Positions 36,252 through 45,074 of a stretch of DNA of 64,000 nt are shown piece after piece (the stretch's first letter is position 1; each line of letters begins with the position of its first letter). Source of the DNA: Bacteroidales bacterium (GTDB lineage: Bacteria > Bacteroidota > Bacteroidia > Bacteroidales > VadinHA17). The position numbers and the translations under genes are program-made. The DNA is taken from NCBI GenBank assembly GCA_035299385.1, contig DATGWQ010000075.1:11633-75632 (forward strand). The letters run 5' to 3'. The notes under the pieces are model-generated. The model was not told the DNA's origin. It saw nothing but the letters and a program-made list of their open reading frames with translations, and did no database searches.

Positions 36252-37319
36252 TTATTTTCTTTTGATCGAATTGATAAAGGTGTATGAAATAGAAGCGCCC
36301 ATTTCAAACTTATTCATTTTCAATTCATTGTCCTGGTAATAATAATCATTCAGCAAAAATTCCTTCTGCCTTCCATTGCCGGGATTTGCCAGGCTCGTAA
36401 GGCCAAGGTAGTATCTCAGGTCAAGATATAATCCAACATTTTTTATCCTGTACCCGATCCCTGCACCCGCAAGCCATTCAAAATTCAACCTGTTCCGGGC
36501 TTCGATGACGTTTATGCCGTTGACATAATAAGTCATGTTTGCAGCATTGTCAGTCTTGCTTACGTTGGCAGTTGTTTTGGTCAGGTACAATGCACCCAGC
36601 CCTGAAGCAACATATGGTTTGAGATTCTTTGCAATCGTAAAATACTTTTTGGCATATACCGGGATCTCCACGAATTCTGGCCATTCCTGGTAATACAGGT
36701 CAAGGTCGGGTTCCCTTGAATAACTTTTATAATAGTAGGATGTCCACCACATCAGATCTGCGTTCAAAGAAATATTCCTGTCAAATTCTACCTCTGCCCA
36801 GCCGTAATATGAGAAAAAGTATGCTCCGGCTCCATATGGTTCGCTGTTCAGAGAACCATCCGGCAGAGAAAAGACCTTTGTCGTGTTGAAACCTGTCCAG
36901 AGAATGACATTCCTAATGCCAAGAGATAATGCGGGATGAATTTTATATTTCCTGATAAGCCGGTTGTATGATTCAAAATTATCATCTTCATTTAATTCAT
37001 AATGAGGATATTTATGAAGCAATACCTCCGCCGAACGCCTTGCCTGAAGCTCGTCAGGGATCTCGGTGTATGCTTTTGTCAGAAGCTCCAGGGCATGCTC
37101 CCTGTCCTTCCTTGCAAGATCCCTGTTATTCAATAATTTCTGAACCGAAGCGGTGCATTCCTCGTATAATCCCTGTTGATACAATTTTTCTGCATCGGCA
37201 AGTTTTGTTTTGGGATCCGGATTATAAAAGGTAACGGTCTGACTCTGAATGGAGAAACCATTGATCAGAAAGATCAACAGCAAGCATAAGCGTATATATC
37301 CAGAGTTATTTTGAATCAT
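36252..37319 (-). CDS. Secreted protein: TPR-like helical N-domain plus C-terminal outer-membrane beta-barrel-like domain
   Basis: 355-aa ORF. Signal peptide (LCLLLIFLINGFSIQSQ). Helical region (AEKLYQQGLYEECTASVQKLL..ALELLTKAY). Then alternating-hydrophobic, aromatic/Gly-rich strands (AGAGIGYRIKNVGLYLDLRYYLGL, FEMGASISYTF). It starts 5 nt after the upstream stop. Confidence 0.6.
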   Translation of the reverse strand: MIQNNSGYIRLCLLLIFLINGFSIQSQTVTFYNPDPKTKLADAEKLYQQGLYEECTASVQKLLNNRDLARKDREHALELLTKAYTEIPDELQARRSAEVLLHKYPHYELNEDDNFESYNRLIRKYKIHPALSLGIRNVILWTGFNTTKVFSLPDGSLNSEPYGAGAYFFSYYGWAEVEFDRNISLNADLMWWTSYYYKSYSREPDLDLYYQEWPEFVEIPVYAKKYFTIAKNLKPYVASGLGALYLTKTTANVSKTDNAANMTYYVNGINVIEARNRLNFEWLAGAGIGYRIKNVGLYLDLRYYLGLTSLANPGNGRQKEFLLNDYYYQDNELKMNKFEMGASISYTFINSIKRK

Positions 37320-37324
37320 ATAAA

Positions 37325-40159
37325 CTATCTTTTTTGGGTCAGTGTCGTATCGGAGATGATACCCGGTATCTTTTCACGTATCATATCAGCAAGCTTCATA
37401 TATGATGTTTCCCATATCCTTATGCTTTTATCGGATAATCCTGCGACCAGTTTGTCATCCTTTGTAAAAACAAGTGATCTCACCCGTCCGGGAAGGTTTT
37501 TAAAGTGCACCACTCCGCCGTATGTGTTATTCCTTGAAAAATACTCATCGACATAGAACAGGCTTATGGTTCTATCCCGGCTTGCCATAGCCAGCAGCTT
37601 ATTGTCATTGCTGAAAGCCATTTTGTCAATACCGGATTTATTCTGTTCCACCCGGTACTCAAACCGGACCGGATCTTTCCTGCTGAACACACCCATCGAT
37701 CCGGATTGATAACCGACTACGAGCTTCCTGCCTGCCATCCCCATTGATAAAGGTTTATCGTTAAAGGACGCCAGGTTCTCAGTTTTACCGTTCTTCATGA
37801 TATTTACTGATCCGTCACTGCAAGCATAAAATACTGTATCAGGACTGCAAAAAAGGACAGAAAGTACTTCTGAGGAAACCCGGAAGGTTTTCAATAAAAC
37901 GGGAGAATCTGATACATTCCATATTTTAATGATGCTGTCGTTAGCGCCTGTAACGAGGTACCTGCCACGATCACAAAAGTCAGCTGACCTGATGATTCCG
38001 CCTGATGGAATTTTGAAAGGTTCAAATCTGCCGGTTCCCATTTTAGTCAATTTCCATAAACTGATTTCACCGTTATCGCACTGGGTAAGAATGTTTTGAG
38101 ATACTCTGTCAATTTGAACAAACCTCACAGGTGAGCCTGTATTGAGCTGTTCGCTCCCCGATACTTTTCCGTCAGAAGTCCATCTGCAAAATTTGCCGTC
38201 AAGATCAGCGGTTGCGATAAATAAGGAATCATCAGCTATACTCCATATCTCAGATCCTGTTCCCGTAAAAACGGAATGTCTTGCACTGTCCGCGACTATC
38301 CATGCTTTATTCAGGGCTTCATAGATCACCGGGTCGTAATCCGGTCCACCATTGTCAAGGTTGTATTTATATGAAAGGTATGCCAGGGTGCAGCCTATTT
38401 TCGGAGTATTCTCCAGTGAGACGTTACTGAGTGAGCTCAGAGCCAGGTTCTGCGCTTTTGAAAGATTGCTCATCCTGGTGGATGCAGCTTCAGCTTCAAC
38501 AGCTTTCTGCCTTTCATGTTCTGCAACGTTCCGCTGTTCTGTGGCAATTCGTGCCTGTTCAGTTGATTCGATGGTCAGTTTTTCTGCAAGGCTCTTCTGC
38601 TGGATTGCGAGTTCTTTCTGTAAAAGAGCTTCCTTCCTCGACTGCTCGGACTGTGACTGTGCCACGAGGGCAATCTGCTCATTCTTCACTGCCAGGTCCT
38701 TTGACCGGACTGCTTCTTTTCTTGCTGAGTCAGCAACCATCATGGCCCTGACGGCAGAGTTCTTCTGCTGCTCGGCAATATCCTGCTGCACGACGGCATT
38801 CCGCTTTTCGCGCATCGCCCATATCGTAAAGAAAGAGAGTATGGCGATCAGCACAGCCGCTGAAATTATCATCGCATTCTGGCGGCGCCTTTTGGCCTTA
38901 TGAATTATTCTTTTGCTCTGGGAAATAAACTTTGTAAGCTTTTCATTCAGGAACAGCTTGTCCTCGTAAGGGGCAATATATTCCAGATCGTCTGAATTCA
39001 GGTAAAGGTTTCTTCGCTCGAAATTATTCCAGCTGTTTTCAATGAATTGCCTGATCTCCAGAAGCTCTTTTTCGACAAGGGTGATCTTTTCATATATGCA
39101 TGAAGCAAGACTGTCGTGACGAAGCTCGTATCTTCCGTGTTCATCCTTGTCGCGGAGGATCCTGAGCTTTATAAATTTCTGGATGAGGTCTTTCACCTTT
39201 TCATTTCCAAGCTCTTTCCCCAGGGTCCGGGTATATTCGATCACTTCATCCTCTGTTATCTGGTGCTTGGTGCCATGTACCGATACAAAAGATTTGAGGA
39301 TGACCAGGCCTGCATCAGGATCATCGAGCCTGGATATCTGCTCCTCGAGGAAAGCTCCAAGCAGGTCTTTCACATCGCCGATCTTTTCGGTATGTGCAAG
39401 GCTCAGCCTTATTACATCCTCATTCTCCTCAGAAGCTATCCTGAAAAGCTTGTCGAGATAGACCTGGAGGTAAGTCAGCTCGACCTCAGGATTGTCCGGG
39501 TTCAGTTTTTCCAGGATGATCTTTGACAGGCCCTCATCGGTTGCAATCCTGTTTACTTCACAGGGTCCCTCAATGGCTTTTGCAGCATTCTGCCTGGTCA
39601 TTTTCTCGATCCTTATCCTGTTATCGAGGAAATCAGGTATTATCTTTTCAAATTCCGTGAAACCGGCAAGATACTCCTCACGCATGGAGAAAATCAGCCG
39701 GCACTGGATATCCGAATCTATGATCTTCTTTACTGTCTGAATGAATTCCTCCCTTTCGGCACGGGACCCGAATATGAATACTTCCTCAAACTGGTCAAGA
39801 ATGAGAAAAATGGGTTTGAAATGATCGAGATAAACTGACCTGAGGAGCTTAAAGATGCTTTTCGAATTTTCACCGGGAATACTCGAAAGCATATTCCGTT
39901 TCAGCGATTCATAAAGGCTCAGGTTTATGTTCGATCCCCTCCTGATATTTACAGGGAGCCAGTCGGAATCGTTGAACTTGTTTGCAAGGCCGCAATTTAT
40001 CAATGATGATTTTCCGGTTCCTGAAATTCCGTATACAACAAGTATCCTGCTCTGAAAGACTCTTGAGTGAAGCTCTTCGATCTCATTGTCGCGGCCAAAG
40101 AAAACATTACGGTCTTCTTTGGAATAGCTGTCCAGGAATTTGAACGGGCTCTTTTTCAT
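37325..40159 (-). CDS. STAND-like P-loop NTPase, single TM helix, long coiled coil, C-terminal WD40 beta-propeller
   Basis: 944-aa ORF. FFGRDNEIEELHSRV..ILVVYGISGTGKSSLINCGL (Walker A) and PIFLILDQFEEVF (Walker B). TM at about aa 430-452 (KAKRRRQNAMIISAAVLIAILSFFTIWAMREKRN). About 110 aa Q/E/K/A-rich coiled coil. WD40-like blades (ISLWKL, IKIWNV, SIRIWET). Confidence 0.8.
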   Translation of the reverse strand: MKKSPFKFLDSYSKEDRNVFFGRDNEIEELHSRVFQSRILVVYGISGTGKSSLINCGLANKFNDSDWLPVNIRRGSNINLSLYESLKRNMLSSIPGENSKSIFKLLRSVYLDHFKPIFLILDQFEEVFIFGSRAEREEFIQTVKKIIDSDIQCRLIFSMREEYLAGFTEFEKIIPDFLDNRIRIEKMTRQNAAKAIEGPCEVNRIATDEGLSKIILEKLNPDNPEVELTYLQVYLDKLFRIASEENEDVIRLSLAHTEKIGDVKDLLGAFLEEQISRLDDPDAGLVILKSFVSVHGTKHQITEDEVIEYTRTLGKELGNEKVKDLIQKFIKLRILRDKDEHGRYELRHDSLASCIYEKITLVEKELLEIRQFIENSWNNFERRNLYLNSDDLEYIAPYEDKLFLNEKLTKFISQSKRIIHKAKRRRQNAMIISAAVLIAILSFFTIWAMREKRNAVVQQDIAEQQKNSAVRAMMVADSARKEAVRSKDLAVKNEQIALVAQSQSEQSRKEALLQKELAIQQKSLAEKLTIESTEQARIATEQRNVAEHERQKAVEAEAASTRMSNLSKAQNLALSSLSNVSLENTPKIGCTLAYLSYKYNLDNGGPDYDPVIYEALNKAWIVADSARHSVFTGTGSEIWSIADDSLFIATADLDGKFCRWTSDGKVSGSEQLNTGSPVRFVQIDRVSQNILTQCDNGEISLWKLTKMGTGRFEPFKIPSGGIIRSADFCDRGRYLVTGANDSIIKIWNVSDSPVLLKTFRVSSEVLSVLFCSPDTVFYACSDGSVNIMKNGKTENLASFNDKPLSMGMAGRKLVVGYQSGSMGVFSRKDPVRFEYRVEQNKSGIDKMAFSNDNKLLAMASRDRTISLFYVDEYFSRNNTYGGVVHFKNLPGRVRSLVFTKDDKLVAGLSDKSIRIWETSYMKLADMIREKIPGIISDTTLTQKR

Positions 40160-40168
40160 TTCAACATA

Positions 40169-41251
40169 TCATAATGCGCCCGGTGATATAAGCGAAACCA
40201 TCTGCCTGAATTCGGTCAGGAGTATGTCGTAATTCTTCAATGACCTGAGATCCACTTTCTCCGTTACTTCGGTTCCCAGGTACATCAGCTGGTCATTCCG
40301 GAATTTGGAATACATGAAGATGTCCTTTTTAATATCGAATTTCTCCTTTGAATCGAGTATTTCCGTGCTTGTGTCAATGATCAGCGGAGAAAGATTTAGA
40401 TAAGTGTCGATTGATTTTATACTCTTCAGGAGAAGCACTGAGTGGCTGTCTGTATAAGTTGATTCGTCAAACTCATTAGCCTTGAAATCGGAATCGGAGC
40501 TGTTGAGCAGATCGAAGATATGATGGAATGAAGCTTTTGTCATTTTCGATTTGAAGACTTTGATTTCCTTCACTGAAACCAGCCTGTATTTTGCAAGGAA
40601 TGATATCCTGGATAAAATAAAGGTCAGCTTTTCTTCATATTCGACGCATCTCTTTTCGATTTCCTCCTGGGTAAGGTTGATCTGGTAATGGCCTATTTCG
40701 TTCCGTTCCGGGACCCAGAAATCCAGCGCGGCATAAAATTTATCATCACAGCAGCCGGAAAGCTCGGGCATAAACCATTCTATCTTCTGGGAAGAAAACA
40801 TGTTTCCCATAGCCCTTATCATCCAGGAATAATTGCCGAGGCTAAGAACAAGGAACCTGTTTTTGAATTCCTTAGCAAAGCTTTCACTGATCTTTATGCT
40901 GCCTTCCTCGCACATTTTTGAAAGCTGCGAGAGCATAACGAATGACAGGAACTGCATTGACCTCTCAATAGTTTTGAAAATCTGGTCAAGGCGCATCCTG
41001 TCGAGCTGCCGCATGGACCCTGAGAAGAGCCTCCTGAGCTCCACTCCTACCGGCCACGGAAAATTCTTGATAATCAGGTCTGCAAGTATCCTGTAATCAG
41101 GCAGGTCGCCTTCATCTTCATCGGTAAGGACCATTTTTGACAGAGATGCCTTATGTTTCAGCATTTCATCAAAAACTTTCCTTATAAGGTCTTCATTTAT
41201 GCTTGCCATCCCCTTATTATGACTAGCTAAATTTATAACTTTTTTATTCAA
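40169..41251 (-). CDS. Hypothetical 360-aa protein, first gene of the STAND cassette (no recognisable domain)
   Basis: The ORF-track start at 41251 is TTG; an ATG alternative lies at 41209 (MASINEDL). No signal peptide or TM. Helical N-half, mixed C-half. Its stop lies 9 nt before the NTPase start. Confidence 0.6.
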   Translation of the reverse strand: MNKKVINLASHNKGMASINEDLIRKVFDEMLKHKASLSKMVLTDEDEGDLPDYRILADLIIKNFPWPVGVELRRLFSGSMRQLDRMRLDQIFKTIERSMQFLSFVMLSQLSKMCEEGSIKISESFAKEFKNRFLVLSLGNYSWMIRAMGNMFSSQKIEWFMPELSGCCDDKFYAALDFWVPERNEIGHYQINLTQEEIEKRCVEYEEKLTFILSRISFLAKYRLVSVKEIKVFKSKMTKASFHHIFDLLNSSDSDFKANEFDESTYTDSHSVLLLKSIKSIDTYLNLSPLIIDTSTEILDSKEKFDIKKDIFMYSKFRNDQLMYLGTEVTEKVDLRSLKNYDILLTEFRQMVSLISPGAL

Positions 41252-41383
41252 CCAAGCAAATTAGATGATTTAATTGATTTTCTGAAAAAAAATTCCCTTG
41301 CACTGCACCCCTGCCCCCAGGGGCATAGCATCAAACTAAAAGATCGCGATTTTATGTATTAGGTTGATTATCATTCTGTTATT

Positions 41384-41410
41384 CTCCCTCCTTTTGAAGG
41401 AGGGGTGGCC
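41384..41410 (+). repeat. GC-rich hairpin element (CCCTCCTT ttg AAGGAGGG + GTGG tail)
   Basis: ctccctccttttgaaggaggggtggcc. 8-bp stem. Same family as the elements at 26848 and 28699. Confidence 0.5.
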
Positions 41411-41579
41411 AGACTGAAATCTTTTTACTTCAGGAAGAATGCAATACTGGACGGGGTGGTTGATTATCAGAAGGAATCCCCAGTTACATGTAGGATTATA
41501 GCAGGTCTATAAAAGAAGTGTATAAAGATTAGCTTAAAAAATAAGGGGAGGGCAAGACCTCAGAAACAATGAGATCTCA

Positions 41580-41623
41580 CCCTTTCCCTTATTGTTTTAA
41601 AGGGAAAGGGCAGGGATAGGGTT
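41580..41623 (+). repeat. GC-rich hairpin element with 11-bp stem and CAGGGATAGGGTT tail
   Basis: CCCTTTCCCTT attgtttta AAGGGAAAGGG cagggatagggtt. The tail resembles GCAGGGGTGGGTT of the 45-nt element. Confidence 0.6.
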
Positions 41624-41669
41624 AAGATGAGAGATATTTTTTCTTAAATTTCCCCTCAAATGATCCAGA

Positions 41670-43517
41670 ATGGATGCTCAGAAAAGAATAAGAACAGCTG
41701 TTGATAAGGTCAATGAAGCCGTCTGGGCCCAACGCTACAGCGATCCGGGATCACTGCAGGGCACAATCAGCAGCAATCTTGCAAAGGCCGAAAAAGCAGG
41801 ATATGAGAGGGGAATAGCCTATGCAAATCTTAATACAGCTTCTGTTCTCTTTCACTCCTCACAGAACGATCAGGCATTAATACATCTGAATAAAGCTCTT
41901 CAGTGGTTCAGCAGGCACGAGAATGAAAACGGATACGTGAGGGCCATCCTCCTGCAGGGCAATGTACATGAAAGCTATGGTGACTATGAACAAACACTTA
42001 CGCTGTGGCTCCTCGCCCTGAAAAAATCGAAACAGATAAATTACAGGGAAGCAGAATCTGAAGCCTGCAACCAGCTTGGGATTGTCTATTTCAGGCTTGC
42101 AGATTATGAGAAATCGCTCGATTACCTGACGACAGCACTGAAAATAAGGGAAAAGGAAAATGATGAAAACGGGATGGCCTCTTCCCTCAACAGGATCGGA
42201 ATGGTGCTGAGACAAACGAAAAAATATTCCGAATCTCTTCAATATTATTTTAAAAGTCTTGAGATAAGGGAAAAGAACAGGCAATTCTCGGCCATTCTCT
42301 GGACAATGCTTGGCATAGCGAGCACCTGCGAGGAATCAGGAAATCTTGATGAAGCGCTGGAATATTACACAAAGGGAATGGAGAGCAAGGATCTCCCCTG
42401 TTTTGTACAATGCCTTATGGGAGCCGGAAGGATCCATAGCCGGAGGGGTGAAAATGTGCTAGCGGAAGGAATGCTTGAAGAGGCATCAAAGAAAGCTGAG
42501 CAATCGGGCACACTATATCTTCTTGCTGATGCATATTATTCGCTTGCAGCACATTATGAAAGAACAGGAAAGTTTTCCGGGGCGCTTGACCATTACAAAT
42601 TATACCAGAAAACGAAGGAATCACAGCTTAGTGAGGAATCGCAGCGAAAACTCAGGAACATAGAGATTTCGCATGCTATTGAAAAATCAGAGCAGGAAAA
42701 AGAGATCTTCCGCTTGCGGAATGTCGAGCTGAAGCAGGCATATGACATAATCGAGGAGAAGAACAAGGACATAACCTCAAGCATAAACTATGCCAGCAGG
42801 ATCCAGGGTGCGATACTCCCCAGGTTATCGGATATAAAGGGCCTTTCTGGGCATGTTTTCGTACTTTATCTGCCCAAGGATATCATAAGCGGGGATTTTT
42901 ACTGGTTTTCAAGGATGAAGGATCAGATAGTCCTCGTTGCCGGCGACTGTACAGGTCACGGTGTTCCCGGGGCCCTGATGAGCATGCTTGGTATTTCTTT
43001 CCTTGAAGAGATAGTGAACCGGCAGGGGATCAATGAACCAAATGTGATCCTCGATGAACTGGGAAAGGAGATCAGGAGAGCACTCAGGCAGAAATCAGGT
43101 GAAACGAAAGACGGGATGGACATGTCGCTCTGCCGCATTGATACGAAATCGGGCAGGCTTCTGTTTTCAGGGGCTAATAACAATCTTTACCTTGTGAGGG
43201 ATAACCAGCTTATCGAGATCAAGTCCGACAGGATGGCTGTTGGCTTTAATGAGGATGTCAACAGGAAATTCAGCCTGCAGGAGGTTAACCTTGCCGGCGG
43301 GGACATGCTGTACATGTTCTCAGATGGCTTTGCCGACCAGTTCGGCGGCGAGCATAACAAAAAATACAAATATTCAGCTTTCAAGGAATTCCTTCTGGGT
43401 ATCCATAATCAGCCGCTCAGCGAGCAGAAATTATGCCTGAGGAAGGAGTTTTTTTCCTGGAAAGCTGAATATGAGCAGGTGGACGATGTGCTCGTAATGG
43501 GCTACAGGTTCAAATAG
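41670..43517 (+). CDS. TPR-repeat plus coiled-coil plus PP2C/SpoIIE-type serine phosphatase (RsbU-like)
   Basis: 615-aa ORF. N-terminal about 300 aa of TPR-like repeats (..LGIVYFRLADYEKSLDYLTTALKI.., ..IGMVLRQTKKYSESLQYYFKSLEI..). Then YASRIQGAILP, GDFYWF, VAGDCTGHGVPGALMS, SDGFADQFG and QVDDVLVMGYRF (SpoIIE motifs). Confidence 0.85.
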   Translation: MDAQKRIRTAVDKVNEAVWAQRYSDPGSLQGTISSNLAKAEKAGYERGIAYANLNTASVLFHSSQNDQALIHLNKALQWFSRHENENGYVRAILLQGNVHESYGDYEQTLTLWLLALKKSKQINYREAESEACNQLGIVYFRLADYEKSLDYLTTALKIREKENDENGMASSLNRIGMVLRQTKKYSESLQYYFKSLEIREKNRQFSAILWTMLGIASTCEESGNLDEALEYYTKGMESKDLPCFVQCLMGAGRIHSRRGENVLAEGMLEEASKKAEQSGTLYLLADAYYSLAAHYERTGKFSGALDHYKLYQKTKESQLSEESQRKLRNIEISHAIEKSEQEKEIFRLRNVELKQAYDIIEEKNKDITSSINYASRIQGAILPRLSDIKGLSGHVFVLYLPKDIISGDFYWFSRMKDQIVLVAGDCTGHGVPGALMSMLGISFLEEIVNRQGINEPNVILDELGKEIRRALRQKSGETKDGMDMSLCRIDTKSGRLLFSGANNNLYLVRDNQLIEIKSDRMAVGFNEDVNRKFSLQEVNLAGGDMLYMFSDGFADQFGGEHNKKYKYSAFKEFLLGIHNQPLSEQKLCLRKEFFSWKAEYEQVDDVLVMGYRFK

Positions 43518-45014
43518 CTACTTTACATTAAGCTGCATCTCCGGTTTTGACTCGGAAACCTCCAGCACCTTTGTCGTGCCACCGGTCTCAAGATTTATCC
43601 CGTGAGGTTTGTTGGTCTTCCACGATCCGCCTGTGAAATCCGGTACGTCAATAGATTGTGAGCGGTTGGCGACTGACCATTCGCTTAACGGTGCAACCGA
43701 GCTCCAAACGGCGCCGTCGTAGACATCCTGGTCGAGAGGCAGCCCGTTTCTGAGGCAGTCGATCAGTCTCCAGTCCATAATGAAATCCATTCCCCCGTGA
43801 CCGCCTACTTTCTTTGCCAGCTCACCTACCCTTTTCACTATTTCAGGAGTGTATTTTTCTGTTATGGCTTTCATTTCTTCATCGTTGGCCCATGCTTCAC
43901 CGAGAGCAATACGTTCTTCCGGGTATTTCCTGACCATTCCCTGGGTACCTTTTACAAGATGTATCCTGGAGTAAGGCTGGGTGGAAGAAACATCATGCTG
44001 GATCATGATTGTCTTTCCGAGTGTCGTATGAACCATTGTGGTATTGAGATTGCCGCGGAATTTTGAATTTTTCCAGTCATTGTAGAAAGGATCGTTTGCC
44101 GAAAGCTGTTTCTCAGTGGGAGCCATGCTGTAATCGTTTGTCGACATGGAAGTGAGGTATTCCATCTTGTCACCCCTGTTGATGCTGAGAGCCTGGCACA
44201 CGGGACCGAGTCCGTGGGTGGGATAAAGGTTCCCGTTTCTCGTGGCGTTTTCCCTGAGGCGCCACATGTTTGTATATGCGCCGTCGGCCTGCTTGCTGTC
44301 ATCGGGTTTCTTGAAATTCATTCCGAGAAGATTGTGTATGTAGGCGCCTTCTCCATGTATGATTTCGCCAAACAGGCCGTTTCTCGCCATGTTCAGGGTA
44401 AGCAGCTCAAAAAAGTCGTAGCAGCAGTTCTCGAGCATCATGCAATGCTTCTTCGTTCTTTCGGAAGTCTCGACAAGCTGCCATGCCTCGTCTATTGTCT
44501 TTGCTATAGGCACTTCACTTGCAGCATGCTTTCCATGTTCCATCGCATAAACGCATATGGGGGTATGAAGCTCCCAGGGAGTACACGTATATATAAGGTC
44601 AAGATCAGGCAATTCAACAAGTTTTTTCCATGCGTCATTCGAGCCTGTAAATTCCTGTGCGGCAGCTCGTCCGATACTTTTCAGGTATTTCTGTGAGCCA
44701 TCGACGGCTGCCTGGCGCATATCGCAGAGGGCTTTTATTTCAACGCCCTCAATGTACGACAGCCTCTGTACTGCACCGCTTCCACGGTCGCCGAGCCCGA
44801 TGATCCCTATTCTTACAACAGGAATTGCCGGCGCCGCATACCCGCTCATGTTGAATCTCTGGCTATGGGTCTTTTTGACTGATTCAAGAATACCTGCAAG
44901 GTTAGACTCGGCAACGGGCTGCTTGCCGTTGCAACCGGATAAGAACCCACTGGTAAGAGCCCCTGCCCCGGCGAACGAGGCTGCCTTAAGAAAATTTCTG
45001 CGGTTTGTAGTCAT
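43518..45014 (-). CDS. TAT-secreted Gfo/Idh/MocA oxidoreductase-fold protein, GH109 (alpha-N-acetylgalactosaminidase)-like
   Basis: 498-aa ORF. TAT signal NRRNFLKAASFAGAGAL. Rossmann VRIGIIGLGDRG. Length and layout are typical of NAD-dependent GH109-like enzymes. Confidence 0.75.
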   Translation of the reverse strand: MTTNRRNFLKAASFAGAGALTSGFLSGCNGKQPVAESNLAGILESVKKTHSQRFNMSGYAAPAIPVVRIGIIGLGDRGSGAVQRLSYIEGVEIKALCDMRQAAVDGSQKYLKSIGRAAAQEFTGSNDAWKKLVELPDLDLIYTCTPWELHTPICVYAMEHGKHAASEVPIAKTIDEAWQLVETSERTKKHCMMLENCCYDFFELLTLNMARNGLFGEIIHGEGAYIHNLLGMNFKKPDDSKQADGAYTNMWRLRENATRNGNLYPTHGLGPVCQALSINRGDKMEYLTSMSTNDYSMAPTEKQLSANDPFYNDWKNSKFRGNLNTTMVHTTLGKTIMIQHDVSSTQPYSRIHLVKGTQGMVRKYPEERIALGEAWANDEEMKAITEKYTPEIVKRVGELAKKVGGHGGMDFIMDWRLIDCLRNGLPLDQDVYDGAVWSSVAPLSEWSVANRSQSIDVPDFTGGSWKTNKPHGINLETGGTTKVLEVSESKPEMQLNVK

Positions 45015-45074
45015 GATCTTATATCTGTTAATTTGATTTCACTCCGGCAAATGTATCTCATTTTTATTTTAGAA

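Noticed and set aside
38352-38903. Plus-strand ORFs 38352..38903 and 38431..38751 (Ser/Ala/Cys-rich), antisense to the NTPase coiled-coil region
   Set aside because: They arise from low-complexity antisense sequence of the Q/E/K/A-rich coiled coil. They are fully nested in a well-supported 944-aa CDS and have no independent motif.
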